A stretch of DNA of 64,000 bases from a virus: IMG/VR virus record IMGVR_UViG_3300050821_002957, positions 271,192 through 335,191 of that record; one strand, 5' to 3'. Below, in pieces: positions 27,911 to 37,382 of this stretch; the first letter of the stretch is position 1, and every line of letters starts with the position of its first letter. The notes beneath the pieces were generated by a model. That model was not told the origin of the DNA and did no database searches. It saw only the letters and a program-made list of their open reading frames with translations. Position numbers and translations under genes: made by a program.

Positions 27911-29016
27911 CTGATTTCCCCACCAATCTCTGCAACCAGTTTACGAATTGCATCGCCCTCAGGACCGGCCCAACGGCGCTTCAGGTCTTCGTCAACATCT
28001 TTGGACTTATTACGCCAGTCGTCAATCGCTAATTTTTGTTTTTTAAGAAACGGATTGCCCTTTTTGATTTGTTCCGAAAGACCATCCCAGTCAATCAGGC
28101 CACCGCCGTTGATGTCAAAACTTACTTCAATTGCAATTTTGAAGCGACCATCGGTGTCATCAAGGTATTCTGTGTCGATAGCATCTTTTAGAGATAAGTG
28201 TGTCGGAAGAGAAATGTATCCAAACCGTTCTTCACGAACAATGATGCCTTCGTCAATTCGACTAATATTGAAATACTGGATTTTCCAGCTTGTATCGTCG
28301 CCCCAATAACAACCAGCGACAAATGCGTGCTTCGGAGGAAGAATTACACTCCCATAAGCATAGTCTTTTTTTGGTCCCCAGACCCATCGATATTCATCAC
28401 GTTCGTATGAAGTTCCAGCGTCGTTTATTTTGCCGGTGTACGCCCGGACTCTGGTTCCGTCTTCGTAATAGATGATTTTCCGACCAGACATTTTTGAACT
28501 AATGTCACCGATACGAGCACCTGGAGGAAATTTTTCGAGTAAGTTCTTCCAATCATTCTCCGAATAATCGTCTTCGCTAACATGCTGCCGAATCGTAGGA
28601 ATGTACAACTCGACTGGACAAAACCCATCACTGTCTTTTTCTTCCCCGCCGATGTCTTTGATGCCGACACCAGGAGTGATTTCTAAGACACGAGTGCCGG
28701 TATAGTGTGGAGAGTAGAGAGCATAATACTTGTCGCCTTTCCGAGTGACCGCAAAGGTTTCAGAGAAAGCATGATAGTTGCGTATGTACTCACCGATCAG
28801 ATAAGGATCTTGTCCTTGTGCGTCCTGTTGAAAGACCCCGATCTTCTGATAAGACCAACAGCCTTTACCTTTGTCGATTTGGTCGATTACTTTAGCCGTA
28901 AAGGATGGATATTCTTTTAAATACCCATCCTCATCTTGCGGAGCCACAGGCGTAGGAATCTGAACGGTGACCGAAGGGATCACCGTGTTCGATTTTCTAT
29001 TGAAAGACCAGAACAT
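27907..29016 (-). CDS. hypothetical protein (369 aa)
   Basis: Clean ORF between clpP and the rsr operon with no recognisable motif. Confidence 0.4.
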   Translation of the reverse strand: MFWSFNRKSNTVIPSVTVQIPTPVAPQDEDGYLKEYPSFTAKVIDQIDKGKGCWSYQKIGVFQQDAQGQDPYLIGEYIRNYHAFSETFAVTRKGDKYYALYSPHYTGTRVLEITPGVGIKDIGGEEKDSDGFCPVELYIPTIRQHVSEDDYSENDWKNLLEKFPPGARIGDISSKMSGRKIIYYEDGTRVRAYTGKINDAGTSYERDEYRWVWGPKKDYAYGSVILPPKHAFVAGCYWGDDTSWKIQYFNISRIDEGIIVREERFGYISLPTHLSLKDAIDTEYLDDTDGRFKIAIEVSFDINGGGLIDWDGLSEQIKKGNPFLKKQKLAIDDWRNKSKDVDEDLKRRWAGPEGDAIRKLVAEIGGEIR

Positions 29017-29018
29017 TA

Positions 29019-29618
29019 CTACTCTTCTCTCGGACGAGGCTTGACGATCTTGTCGATGATGCCGTATGCCAGTGCTTCTTCGGCATCCATGATGTAGTCA
29101 CGCTCAAGATCCTTCTCGATGCGCTCAATCGGCTGACTTGTCAAATCAACCATCATGTTGACCAGACGCTTCTTGGTCTTTAAAATATGTTCGGCGTAGA
29201 TCGCAATGTCTGTAGCCTGTCCACCAAGACCGTACATCGACGGCTGGTGAATCATGACCTCAGCACCAGGAAGAGCAAACCGCTTGCCCTTGGTGCCACA
29301 CATCAAGATTGATGCACCCATCGAAGCTGCACGACCGACACAGGTAGTCTTGATATCGACACCGACGAGGTTCATGGTATCAATGATTGCCATGCCTGCG
29401 GAGATCGATCCACCCGGCGAATTGATGTAAATCTGAATGTCTTTCTCAGGATTTTCGGTCGAGAGATAAAGTAACTGTGCGACGACAGCGTTCGCAACAT
29501 AGTCATCAATCGGTGTTCCCAAGAAAATGATATTGTCTTTCAACAGACGTGAGTAAATATCATACGCACGTTCACCCTTGTGATCCGATTCGATTACGAT
29601 TGGAGTAAGCATTGACAT
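29019..29618 (-). CDS. clpP: ATP-dependent Clp protease proteolytic subunit ClpP
   Basis: It has the catalytic Ser context [11 protein letters not shown], the His context MIHQPS and the ClpP N-terminal region [13 protein letters not shown]. Confidence 0.85.
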   Translation of the reverse strand: MSMLTPIVIESDHKGERAYDIYSRLLKDNIIFLGTPIDDYVANAVVAQLLYLSTENPEKDIQIYINSPGGSISAGMAIIDTMNLVGVDIKTTCVGRAASMGASILMCGTKGKRFALPGAEVMIHQPSMYGLGGQATDIAIYAEHILKTKKRLVNMMVDLTSQPIERIEKDLERDYIMDAEEALAYGIIDKIVKPRPREE

Positions 29619-29654
29619 GATGGTTTTTATTGTTCCTTTTTGAAGGGGCGACCG

Positions 29655-29840
29655 TCAAGCCGCCCGTATGAAGCCGAGCGTGACAAAAAACACGGCGAAG
29701 AGCGCAGAGGCCCATCCGTAATTCTCGCCTTCAGCTAAAGCAACAACGACACAGATGGCGACGAAAATTCCGAGCCATACACCGACGAAGGCTAGACTGC
29801 CAAAAGCAACCACGCCTCCCAAAGTCAAAAGTTCTATCAT
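29655..29840 (-). CDS. small membrane protein
   Basis: Two TM helices in 61 aa. Confidence 0.3.
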   Translation of the reverse strand: MIELLTLGGVVAFGSLAFVGVWLGIFVAICVVVALAEGENYGWASALFAVFFVTLGFIRAA

Positions 29841-29856
29841 TTTATTTTCCCTTTCT

Positions 29857-30264
29857 CTACTTCAAATTCAGATCCTTACGAATCTTGTCAATCTTGTTAT
29901 TGGTAACTCGATTGTACTCGGACATGATGCGTTTCATAATCGTCCTGAACGATATCTGCACGATCAAAAAAAACATCGCTAACGGCCAGCAAATGACATC
30001 ATAAGCAATTTCCCCACGAAAATCAATTGCTTTCGGTGGTACAGCTTTTAGACGTATGTTGTTTTTTACATAATTCCGCCATTCATAGATGAGAAACTCT
30101 GGGATATTTTCACCCCGAATCCTATGAAACAACAAGAATCGTGCTCGTTCTGCCTCATAGAATCCAATCTCATCATCGACGTACAGCTTCCACCTGATGA
30201 ACCCCCATAAAAAACCCACGGCTGCATAACCAAACACAGCCAGGACATAGTAAAAAATTTTCAT
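29857..30264 (-). CDS. membrane protein
   Basis: An N-terminal TM helix and a second helix are present in 135 aa. Confidence 0.3.
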   Translation of the reverse strand: MKIFYYVLAVFGYAAVGFLWGFIRWKLYVDDEIGFYEAERARFLLFHRIRGENIPEFLIYEWRNYVKNNIRLKAVPPKAIDFRGEIAYDVICWPLAMFFLIVQISFRTIMKRIMSEYNRVTNNKIDKIRKDLNLK

Positions 30265-30797
30265 TGCGGCTCGAAGAGAATGACGTGTATGTTATCAAGC
30301 TCCTGTAGTCTATCATAAACCAATGCCTTTACGTCAACAAAATTCAGACCACCATTCGCACAACCTAACGCAGGCATCGCAAGAGACTTGATGAGTAAAC
30401 CTGACTTCAGCCGGTCCTTCAAATCATCGAGGCCAGCGGCGATCCATTCTAGTTTTGATCCATTTCTCCAATCGTCTTTCGTCGGAAAATTGATAATGAA
30501 TTCGTTGATCTGAGATGTTTGATAGTGTTCACATCCGCAGGCACACCACAACCCCTGATCATGGGCGTCAAAATCACATTCACAAAGACAGTCAGGGATT
30601 TCATGCCAAACCCAAACCTTACCAGTCTGAATGTACTTGCGAGCGCACAATTTCCTGTATTCGACGTACATGTCAGGATAACGCTGCTTGAACTGGAGTG
30701 CGATACCTTTGCCCATCACGCCGACACAATTCACAGTGTTGACGATAGCTTGTGCGCCGCAGTCGAAGAGGTTACCAGTCGTTCGTGTTTCGATCAT
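30261..30797 (-). CDS. macrodomain protein of the TARG1/DarG type (ADP-ribose hydrolase) with a Cys-rich insertion
   Basis: GNLFDCGAQAIVNTVNCVGVMGKGIALQFKQRYP resembles TARG1 GDLFSCP...CRMGAGIAVLFKKKF. The C-terminal LAMPALGCANGGL resembles LSMPRIGCGLDRL. An insert CLCECDFDAHDQGLWCACGCEH is present. Confidence 0.65.
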   Translation of the reverse strand: MIETRTTGNLFDCGAQAIVNTVNCVGVMGKGIALQFKQRYPDMYVEYRKLCARKYIQTGKVWVWHEIPDCLCECDFDAHDQGLWCACGCEHYQTSQINEFIINFPTKDDWRNGSKLEWIAAGLDDLKDRLKSGLLIKSLAMPALGCANGGLNFVDVKALVYDRLQELDNIHVILFEPQ

Positions 30798-30976
30798 TTT
30801 CTTTTCAGTTTCTTTTCTAGCCTACGAATTTCTTTTCGGGTTTCCGTTTCTTTAGCTTGGTTTCTCAAGTCTTCGAGATACTCTTCGTCGGTCGTATAGG
30901 TGTTGTAGCCACAATCCAGACATGTTTCTGTGTACTGCTGAATTCGATTATGTGGACAATCAAGAAAACTGATCAT
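30794..30976 (-). CDS. small Zn-ribbon-like protein
   Basis: It carries a CPHN...C...CLDCGY cluster and a K/R-rich tail. Confidence 0.3.
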   Translation of the reverse strand: MISFLDCPHNRIQQYTETCLDCGYNTYTTDEEYLEDLRNQAKETETRKEIRRLEKKLKRK

Positions 30977-31224
30977 TCACCTAACTCCACTAGATCGTAA
31001 AGAAGCTGGTTCAACTGATTGACCGGCATCGTCTGACCAAGAATATTATCAACATTCACACCAAAGCCTACGGCCCATTGCCAACGAGCACCGGATGGAG
31101 CTTTCGAGACAATCACACGAAATTTCTTTTCGTCACGAACACTCTCAATAATGTGAAGGTCAATTTCAGAATTCATTTTTATCTCGATAGGTGACAACAG
31201 GCCGAATGCCGCCCAATTCGACAT
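30973..31224 (-). CDS. small hypothetical protein
   Basis: 83-aa ORF. Confidence 0.3.
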   Translation of the reverse strand: MSNWAAFGLLSPIEIKMNSEIDLHIIESVRDEKKFRVIVSKAPSGARWQWAVGFGVNVDNILGQTMPVNQLNQLLYDLVELGE

Positions 31225-31394
31225 TCAACTTCACGCCTTCCGGTTGATCACGTGGCCGCTGACATAGCCGACCGAAATGATTTTATCAACATTGATGTTA
31301 TTGCGCCGCAGGTATTCTTGGAGCGCATCAATCAATTGTTCTTGTGACAGACGAATTTCTGACTGGATTGTAATGGGGTTCTTTTGGGGATACA

Positions 31395-31622
31395 TCATGC
31401 CTCCTCTTCAGTGAGCTTGCGAAAATTTTCTTCATGATAACCGAAGAGCACTCGACCATCTTTTAAAGCAATGGCTACGTGACCCGGCATCTGTTCGATC
31501 TCGCCAAGCATGAGTACAGTGTCGCCATTCTTGAAAGGATAGTCAAAGCCTTCAGGAAGGGCGTTGACCTCGCAAAGATATGGACGTTTGAGTGGCTTGT
31601 GCCTATAATATTTTTCGTTCAT
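31395..31622 (-). CDS. small hypothetical protein
   Basis: 75-aa ORF. Confidence 0.3.
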   Translation of the reverse strand: MNEKYYRHKPLKRPYLCEVNALPEGFDYPFKNGDTVLMLGEIEQMPGHVAIALKDGRVLFGYHEENFRKLTEEEA

Positions 31623-31924
31623 TCTAAACTTCCTATGAGTTCGAGGAACAATGGCAAGCTGTCTTCACACTCGACAATGTATCCGTCATCGTCCAATTTT
31701 CCTTTGAGGATACCAGCTTTGATCAGAGCCGCCTCAGGATCAGATTTCCATCCGCTGTTTCCGAACGGACGTTTCCCAGAGAAGCCTTCTTCTTTGATCA
31801 TCAGTTGGATCAACAATTCTTTCATCCATTCGAGGATCGTCACTTCTCGTTGCAGATCATCAGAATGAAAAAGAAGATACCCCGCTTGCTTCAGCACTTC
31901 CGATGTGTACTTTACGGTCTTCAT
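31619..31924 (-). CDS. small hypothetical protein
   Basis: ORF trimmed to the internal Met MKTVKY so that it abuts the MazG stop. Confidence 0.3.
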   Translation of the reverse strand: MKTVKYTSEVLKQAGYLLFHSDDLQREVTILEWMKELLIQLMIKEEGFSGKRPFGNSGWKSDPEAALIKAGILKGKLDDDGYIVECEDSLPLFLELIGSLE

Positions 31925-32568
31925 ACTTTGGCATCGCTCTCGCCGGTCAGGATTGCAGAGATGAAATGAGTACGGGGTGGCAAATCCGCAATTTGAATGT
32001 CTTCCTTTTCCCGGCCACCTGTCTCTGGATTGGTAATGAAGTCCCGCTGTGAAATCGTGGTCCAGCGGTCTACAAAACATGTTTCGATATCCAACGTATT
32101 TTCGACGCAATAATCACGGCACAAAATAACGATGGTATCAATAACACCTGGATGAATGTTTGCAGCGTAAAGAAATTGATCCGACAAACTTCCCAAATGT
32201 TTGCCAAGCAACAGAAGGATGAGTTCAGATTTTGATGGATTGCCTGGAACGTTAGTAGGAAGACGATACGCAGGGAGTGCTTTTAAATCCCGAAAAATTT
32301 CTGTGAATGTGGCGATCCGACCAACCCGAGCACAGAATTCTGCAAGACCGATGAGCACGTCACCAATTTCTTTTTTCTTTTCGGCCTGCCAGTACTCCCA
32401 GGTTCCCCGAATATTCCCGGATTGCTTCACTTCTACACGTTGAAGTTCGCCAAATTCTTCTCCGATGGCAAGAAGATCATGAGCATCGGTGCCGGTTGGA
32501 TAATTACGAAGATGCCATTGATGCAATTCGTTTACGAGGTCGCTAATGACAATTTTGGTGATGTCCAT
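31921..32568 (-). CDS. MazG-like nucleoside triphosphate pyrophosphohydrolase
   Basis: It carries LLAIGEEFGELQRV...KEIGDVLIGLAEF, which resembles the EExGExxE...E..DxL motifs of MazG. Confidence 0.55.
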   Translation of the reverse strand: MDITKIVISDLVNELHQWHLRNYPTGTDAHDLLAIGEEFGELQRVEVKQSGNIRGTWEYWQAEKKKEIGDVLIGLAEFCARVGRIATFTEIFRDLKALPAYRLPTNVPGNPSKSELILLLLGKHLGSLSDQFLYAANIHPGVIDTIVILCRDYCVENTLDIETCFVDRWTTISQRDFITNPETGGREKEDIQIADLPPRTHFISAILTGESDAKV

Positions 32569-32821
32569 ACACCCTCATTCTACACCAAAAATAGAAAAGC
32601 GCAAGGTCTATTAAACCCTGCGCTTCTGGTGCATTGCGTGTTCCGGTGGTATCGTCACATGCACGTTAGACGTTTCTACGTGTTCGGGTCTTTCTCCCGA
32701 CTAGCCTTTTCCCTGCACCTAGTGACCGTCTCCTAATCCCAGAATATTCTCAAGCGATCAGTAATTAGCTGCGTAGCTCTACCTTTTTCCAGATACGTCC
32801 GTATGACGGCTGCTTGCTCAA

Positions 32822-33103
32822 CTACCGATTCAGTGTAGCAGGTTCTTCAGATTTCTTTTCAAATTTCCGCTTTACCTTGCTGGTAGAATCAACGTAGATG
32901 TTGAGATTCTTTACGTCCCCAACATATTTTGAAACCGCCTGAACCCATTCCCGAGTCGGCGTGGCTCTCAACGTATGAGTTCCCTTCTCGGTGCCCTTAC
33001 GAATTTCTTCCCGAAGGGTCTCAGGAATCATCTGCCAATGCTTCGGGCACAATAATGCTTTGCCCCGAGTGTTTTCGTCGCAAATACGAACGATACATGC
33101 CAT
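32822..33103 (-). CDS. hypothetical protein
   Basis: 93-aa ORF. Confidence 0.3.
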   Translation of the reverse strand: MACIVRICDENTRGKALLCPKHWQMIPETLREEIRKGTEKGTHTLRATPTREWVQAVSKYVGDVKNLNIYVDSTSKVKRKFEKKSEEPATLNR

Positions 33104-33117
33104 GCTAAAAATAGCTC

Positions 33118-33549
33118 CTATGTGATACTGCTACTGAAATTTGTCGAACTACTACATGTCGCCAAATTACTTACAAACGTCGAACCACCGTTCAAATTTT
33201 CATTGACGCTCAGACAACTGCCACCGATGGTATAACTACCGTTGTCAGTCGCCGTCGTCGTTCCTGTGTACGTAATCTGAGTTCCATACGGCCATGTGTT
33301 AGGTGACGTATATGGATAATACGGATAGTAGTTTGGGTAATGATTCTTCGTGCAAGGGTTTTCGATGTAGCGAATCGTTTCCGGCCCAGGAATGAACCTG
33401 ATGGTTTCCTTGTCCGATTCTACTTCGACAACTCGAATTGTTTCTTTTGGCTCCGGGACCGTGATCGTCACCTTTTTGCCGTCTTCTGATACTTTTACCT
33501 GCGCCTCGCCAGGGATTTCAATTTCTATTCCATTTAAGTTTAACGTCAT
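33118..33549 (-). CDS. hypothetical protein with a YPYYPY low-complexity stretch
   Basis: 143-aa ORF. Confidence 0.3.
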   Translation of the reverse strand: MTLNLNGIEIEIPGEAQVKVSEDGKKVTITVPEPKETIRVVEVESDKETIRFIPGPETIRYIENPCTKNHYPNYYPYYPYTSPNTWPYGTQITYTGTTTATDNGSYTIGGSCLSVNENLNGGSTFVSNLATCSSSTNFSSSIT

Positions 33550-33570
33550 GTTGATCTCCTGTCAAGTTCC

Positions 33571-34194
33571 TTACTTATTCAATTCTGCTTCATTGACATC
33601 ACAGGCTAAGTTGCTGGTCATATAGTTTCCACTGAGAGCCGATGACGTATAGGTGCTACGGACAGCGCTCATTGCATTCATCGCCATTCCAGTGTTGGCT
33701 ACGGTATAGTTGACGGCATTCGATACGCCAATATCCTTCGCCGCCGCCCATGCATCTTGATTGGCACCGAAGTAGACGAAGCCCCATTTGTTTTCATCCT
33801 GACGAATTTTGATCAACGTCTGGATTGCTGCACGCTTCCATTCTCTAGAAGCATTTTCACGTCCGTCTGTCATGATTGTAACCATGACATCAGTCTCACC
33901 CCTGGTAGCCGTAGAAATAGTTGCACCAATGGCATCGAACAATGCTGTCCCGCCGTCTGGGGAATATGTGTTTTTGTTAAGTTTTTGAACTTGTGCGAGT
34001 GGAACATCGGTGAATACCTTTTCCACTTTTTCTGAGAACTTGGTGAGAGATACAAGGTAGGTAACTTCACCTGCCTTCTCTTCTTTCGCCATCATTTGTA
34101 ACTGTTCATTGAATCCATCGATTACGACTTGTTGCTGATTGAGCATCGAGCCGGATTCGTCAAGGATAAACTTCTGCTTAATTGTCTTAGCCAT
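33571..34194 (-). CDS. stand-alone von Willebrand factor A (vWA) domain protein
   Basis: It has the MIDAS motif DESGSM and the segments GGTALFDAI and TDGRENAS. An AGGAGG SD lies 9 nt upstream of the ATG at 34194. Confidence 0.65.
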   Translation of the reverse strand: MAKTIKQKFILDESGSMLNQQQVVIDGFNEQLQMMAKEEKAGEVTYLVSLTKFSEKVEKVFTDVPLAQVQKLNKNTYSPDGGTALFDAIGATISTATRGETDVMVTIMTDGRENASREWKRAAIQTLIKIRQDENKWGFVYFGANQDAWAAAKDIGVSNAVNYTVANTGMAMNAMSAVRSTYTSSALSGNYMTSNLACDVNEAELNK

Positions 34195-34899
34195 TCTGTA
34201 GTGGCCTCCTGTATTGAATTGCAAAGTGACGTACTGCATTACCCGCACTTCTGTTTTATATAGACAGGAGATTTTAGACAAAAAGGTGGGATGAAAAAGA
34301 AAAAGCGCAGGGTCCGGGAATGACCATTGCGCCTCTTCTCGACGTTTTCTCCTTGTGCTACCACAGACGCACCGATTAAAGTGCCGGGGCGACGATCCCC
34401 AAAGGAGTTTGGCTTGCGCCTTAAACACGTCCAGAGATTCCCGCTCCAAACGCTTCCACTTCGGTGTAGGTCCGCAGTGGTCAGTTACGCCCTCTCGTCA
34501 AGCGAGTGCGCTCTATTTTTATCGATGTCCGAGACAGGAATTTAACCTGCATACTCCGAAGTTGGATGCTATTCTACGGTGCGGACATGCCCACGATCCG
34601 TTTCAGCTACTTTCGGACAAACTTTATACACGGTGGTGCATCTTATACTTCTTGGATCGAAACCCAAGCGGGGACGGAGTATGCCGCATCGAGAGCATTG
34701 AACGGTTGCAGGACGTTACTCCCTTGGCCTGTATTCTCGACTTCCTTCTGGTCCGTAAGCCCGACTACCAGAAACTCACCAAAACCTACTTGTCGGCGGG
34801 AGGGATTTTTCACTTGCTAAATCCAGTCCGCTTATCCGGTGGGACCTATCCTTTTCAGGGCCGACGAGAAATCCGGGGCGCTTTCGTTAAGCTATCGTT

Positions 34900-35700
34900 C
34901 ATGACCGACCTGGAGTGCCAGGATCTTCCCCGTATCGAAGAACGGAGCACACTGCGCTCGACGTTCAAACTAATTGGAAGAGAGGACTTCACTTATAGTT
35001 GTTCCAACACTCCGACGTTGCAACATCGAAGCCAAGCTGACTTTCCAGCTTCCGTAGTTGACTATCTAGAATTCGTCTAACTCTGCGGAGTCGAACCGCT
35101 CTCGCCCCTCAACGGGGCTGTGCTTCCGTTACACTAAGTGAGCAACTACGTGTCTTCTCTCTTCCAAAAATCCACGGTCACTGCTTGCCTATGGAACCCT
35201 CATCACATTCGACATCTCTGCGATTTGAGGTAGCACTTTCCAGGTGCCCTTTATACCCTTACCGACATGCAGCGACCACTAAAAATTCCGGCTGGACTGC
35301 GCTGAACGAGGCCGGTTCGCTATTTCCTGTTCAACTAGATGATGGTAGCTTACCACCATCACGTCGGCTCTTACGCCGCAAGATTGTGCGCTATTACACT
35401 TCACATGGTGTTTAGTCACAATCCAGCCTAATCGACGAACGGAGCATACTGCGCTCTACGTTCAAAATCCGTAGTGTCCTGCCATTAGACGACCGGAACG
35501 TTACGTTCCGAGAGGGACTCGAACCCCCATTTCCACTATCGGTGCCGTCCTGCCATTAGACGATTTTCAGAGGAGTCGAACCCCATTTGCACCTTCTCCG
35601 CATCTTGGAGGAAGCTACGTGAGTGCTTCACCTATGGGTTTACCAGTGCTCTTTCGAGTTGGTTTCCATGTCTGCCGTCGCACGTCGGTATCAGCCTTTC
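34900..35700 (-). pseudogene. array of degenerate tRNA-like fragments
   Basis: T-arm-like hairpins occur (GGGGG-TTCGAGT-CCCTC and GCGG-TTCGACT-CCGC). The motifs GTCGTCTAATGGCAGGAC and ACGTAGAGCGCAGTATGCTCCGT are shared with the 23.6-23.8 kb region. No complete cloverleaf could be folded by hand. Confidence 0.3.
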
Positions 35701-36106
35701 GGTCCTAACACTCCAAGAAAACTTAAATGTGATGGCCCTTCTACGCCAGTCCTTTTCACGTCTTCTCTAGATCGCAGGCTCTCTCGTCTCAAGGACCATC
35801 ACAAAACAAATTGGTAGCAGGTAACCCTTCGTGCCTTGAAGGATTTTACAGAGTGCTCGTCCAACCTTGCTACCAAAAAATCTACATTTGGCGAAAAACT
35901 GGACCATGCCATTTCCAGGCTTGGCGGCGACTCATCTTGTCTCGACTTCGGGATCGCCCTTCACCCTATCCCATGTTCTTCCGGTTTCTATCCCGGCCTG
36001 TTAAGCACCAAACAAAACTGCGACTTCCAGTCTTTGTAATCCTTTATGGTCGCTGTCCGCTCTGGCTGCTCTGCGCTGCCCTCTCAACAAACCCAGGATA
36101 ACAAAC

Positions 36107-36595
36107 CTACGCTTCCATGTCAATAGCTACATCATCTTTTTTTGAATTATTTTCGACGATCCAGGGAACCTCGATTTTGACCTGTTTTTCTCGTTCCAAC
36201 CAAAACCACGCCATCTTGGTAAGACCGTAGACATGGTTCGTAGGATCGCCACCATTGAGCCTACAGAGCGCTATAGCGAATCGATTTGCATGGACCCAGG
36301 CCCAACCCCATTTTTCGGCACCGGCAAGGTGGAGGGCATTGAGATCCTCAACAGGCCGATCCAAAATAACCAACATATTTTCGCATTGATCAGGTGGGAG
36401 AGAATGGATGCGCTCGCCACAAATAAATTTTGCATGTTCTGAAACTTCAACCGTGGGATCGTTCAAGAATTTAACAGCGGCTTCATTGTCTTCAGCGACA
36501 AACCCCCAAATACCGAAGCCATCGCAAACGGGACAAGTATCAGTTCCTCGAATGCGTCCCGAGCCTTTACATAAATCGCAGGGTCCATAGGTCAT
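36107..36595 (-). CDS. hypothetical protein with a DnaJ-type CxxCxGxG zinc-finger N-terminus
   Basis: The N-terminus carries CDLCKGSGRI and CPVCDGFGI. Confidence 0.35.
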   Translation of the reverse strand: MTYGPCDLCKGSGRIRGTDTCPVCDGFGIWGFVAEDNEAAVKFLNDPTVEVSEHAKFICGERIHSLPPDQCENMLVILDRPVEDLNALHLAGAEKWGWAWVHANRFAIALCRLNGGDPTNHVYGLTKMAWFWLEREKQVKIEVPWIVENNSKKDDVAIDMEA

Positions 36596-36608
36596 GAACC
36601 CATTTAGA

Positions 36609-37382
36609 TCACTTGATTGGAGCGTATCCCATTTCGACAGCGTTGTAGGTCACACCGTTGATAGAAATTTGAACAAAAGTGATCTTAGAAATTGCAGCCA
36701 AGGCAACTGCTGCTGGAATCGCATTCGGTGGAACAACGGCATTGATCTGATAGAGACCCACGAAATCCGGCGATAATCCTGAAAACAAAACTTTAGCAGG
36801 TTCGCCAGCAATCGTGACGGTCGGTATGTCCACTGTATAGGCCAACTGAGTAGCCGACGCAGGTACACCATCTGTCTGTGTGACTGTAACCGGCCCCAGA
36901 CCTGTACAATAAATTTGTATCACTTGCCCAAGAGTTACTGGGTTCGTATAATCAACCAATTTGTAATTCACATCAAGAATTGCGCCTTGCTGGGTCACTG
37001 TATTAGTTTCAAAAATCGAAGCTGCGGTAGATGCAATTGGAAAGAGAGCAGAATTGTTGCCTACGGTGATAAGTGCATTCGGAGAAGAAGTATTGGTCTC
37101 CCACGGAATCTGAAGATTAATCTGAGTAGACGAGACGTAATAAAGAGGCGCTGCAAGGCCATTCACTAAAACTTGAATGCCACCAAGTGTCTTTGGAAGA
37201 GTTGCTGGTGCTACAGTGGTCGGCACACCAGGAAAGGTTCCGTAAATCGTTGCTGCCCCGCCAGGAGCCGCCAGACCATATCCAGTCCCACTTACGAGAC
37301 CTGCAATCGAGTTCTGCGAGAAACTCATCACGGCCATAAAGACCAACATCAAAAACTGCTTCATAATAATAACCTTCCTCAC
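36609..37382 (-). CDS. secreted or surface protein with a C-terminal domain resembling the Acidobacteria-type Soli_cterm motif
   Basis: An N-terminal signal or TM segment is followed by a Thr/Val/Pro-rich body. The C-terminus carries VLFSGLSPDFVGLYQINAVVP. Confidence 0.35.
   Translation of the reverse strand: MRKVIIMKQFLMLVFMAVMSFSQNSIAGLVSGTGYGLAAPGGAATIYGTFPGVPTTVAPATLPKTLGGIQVLVNGLAAPLYYVSSTQINLQIPWETNTSSPNALITVGNNSALFPIASTAASIFETNTVTQQGAILDVNYKLVDYTNPVTLGQVIQIYCTGLGPVTVTQTDGVPASATQLAYTVDIPTVTIAGEPAKVLFSGLSPDFVGLYQINAVVPPNAIPAAVALAAISKITFVQISINGVTYNAVEMGYAPIK

Noticed and set aside
27907-29016. T4 Rnl1-like RNA ligase (similar length, 369 aa) as partner for the Pnk-like kinase
   Set aside because: No KxDG nucleotidyltransferase motif I, and no motifs IV or V, could be found. 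The same holds for the 365-aa ORF at 17422-18519.
34200-36100. rRNA or tmRNA / RNase P RNA in the ORF-poor region
   Set aside because: I found no match to the conserved cores I could recall, for example the RNase P P4 GGAAAGTCCGG, the tmRNA tag-reading frame with a tRNA-like domain at both ends, or 16S/23S landmarks. It is left as an unclassified structured-RNA candidate.
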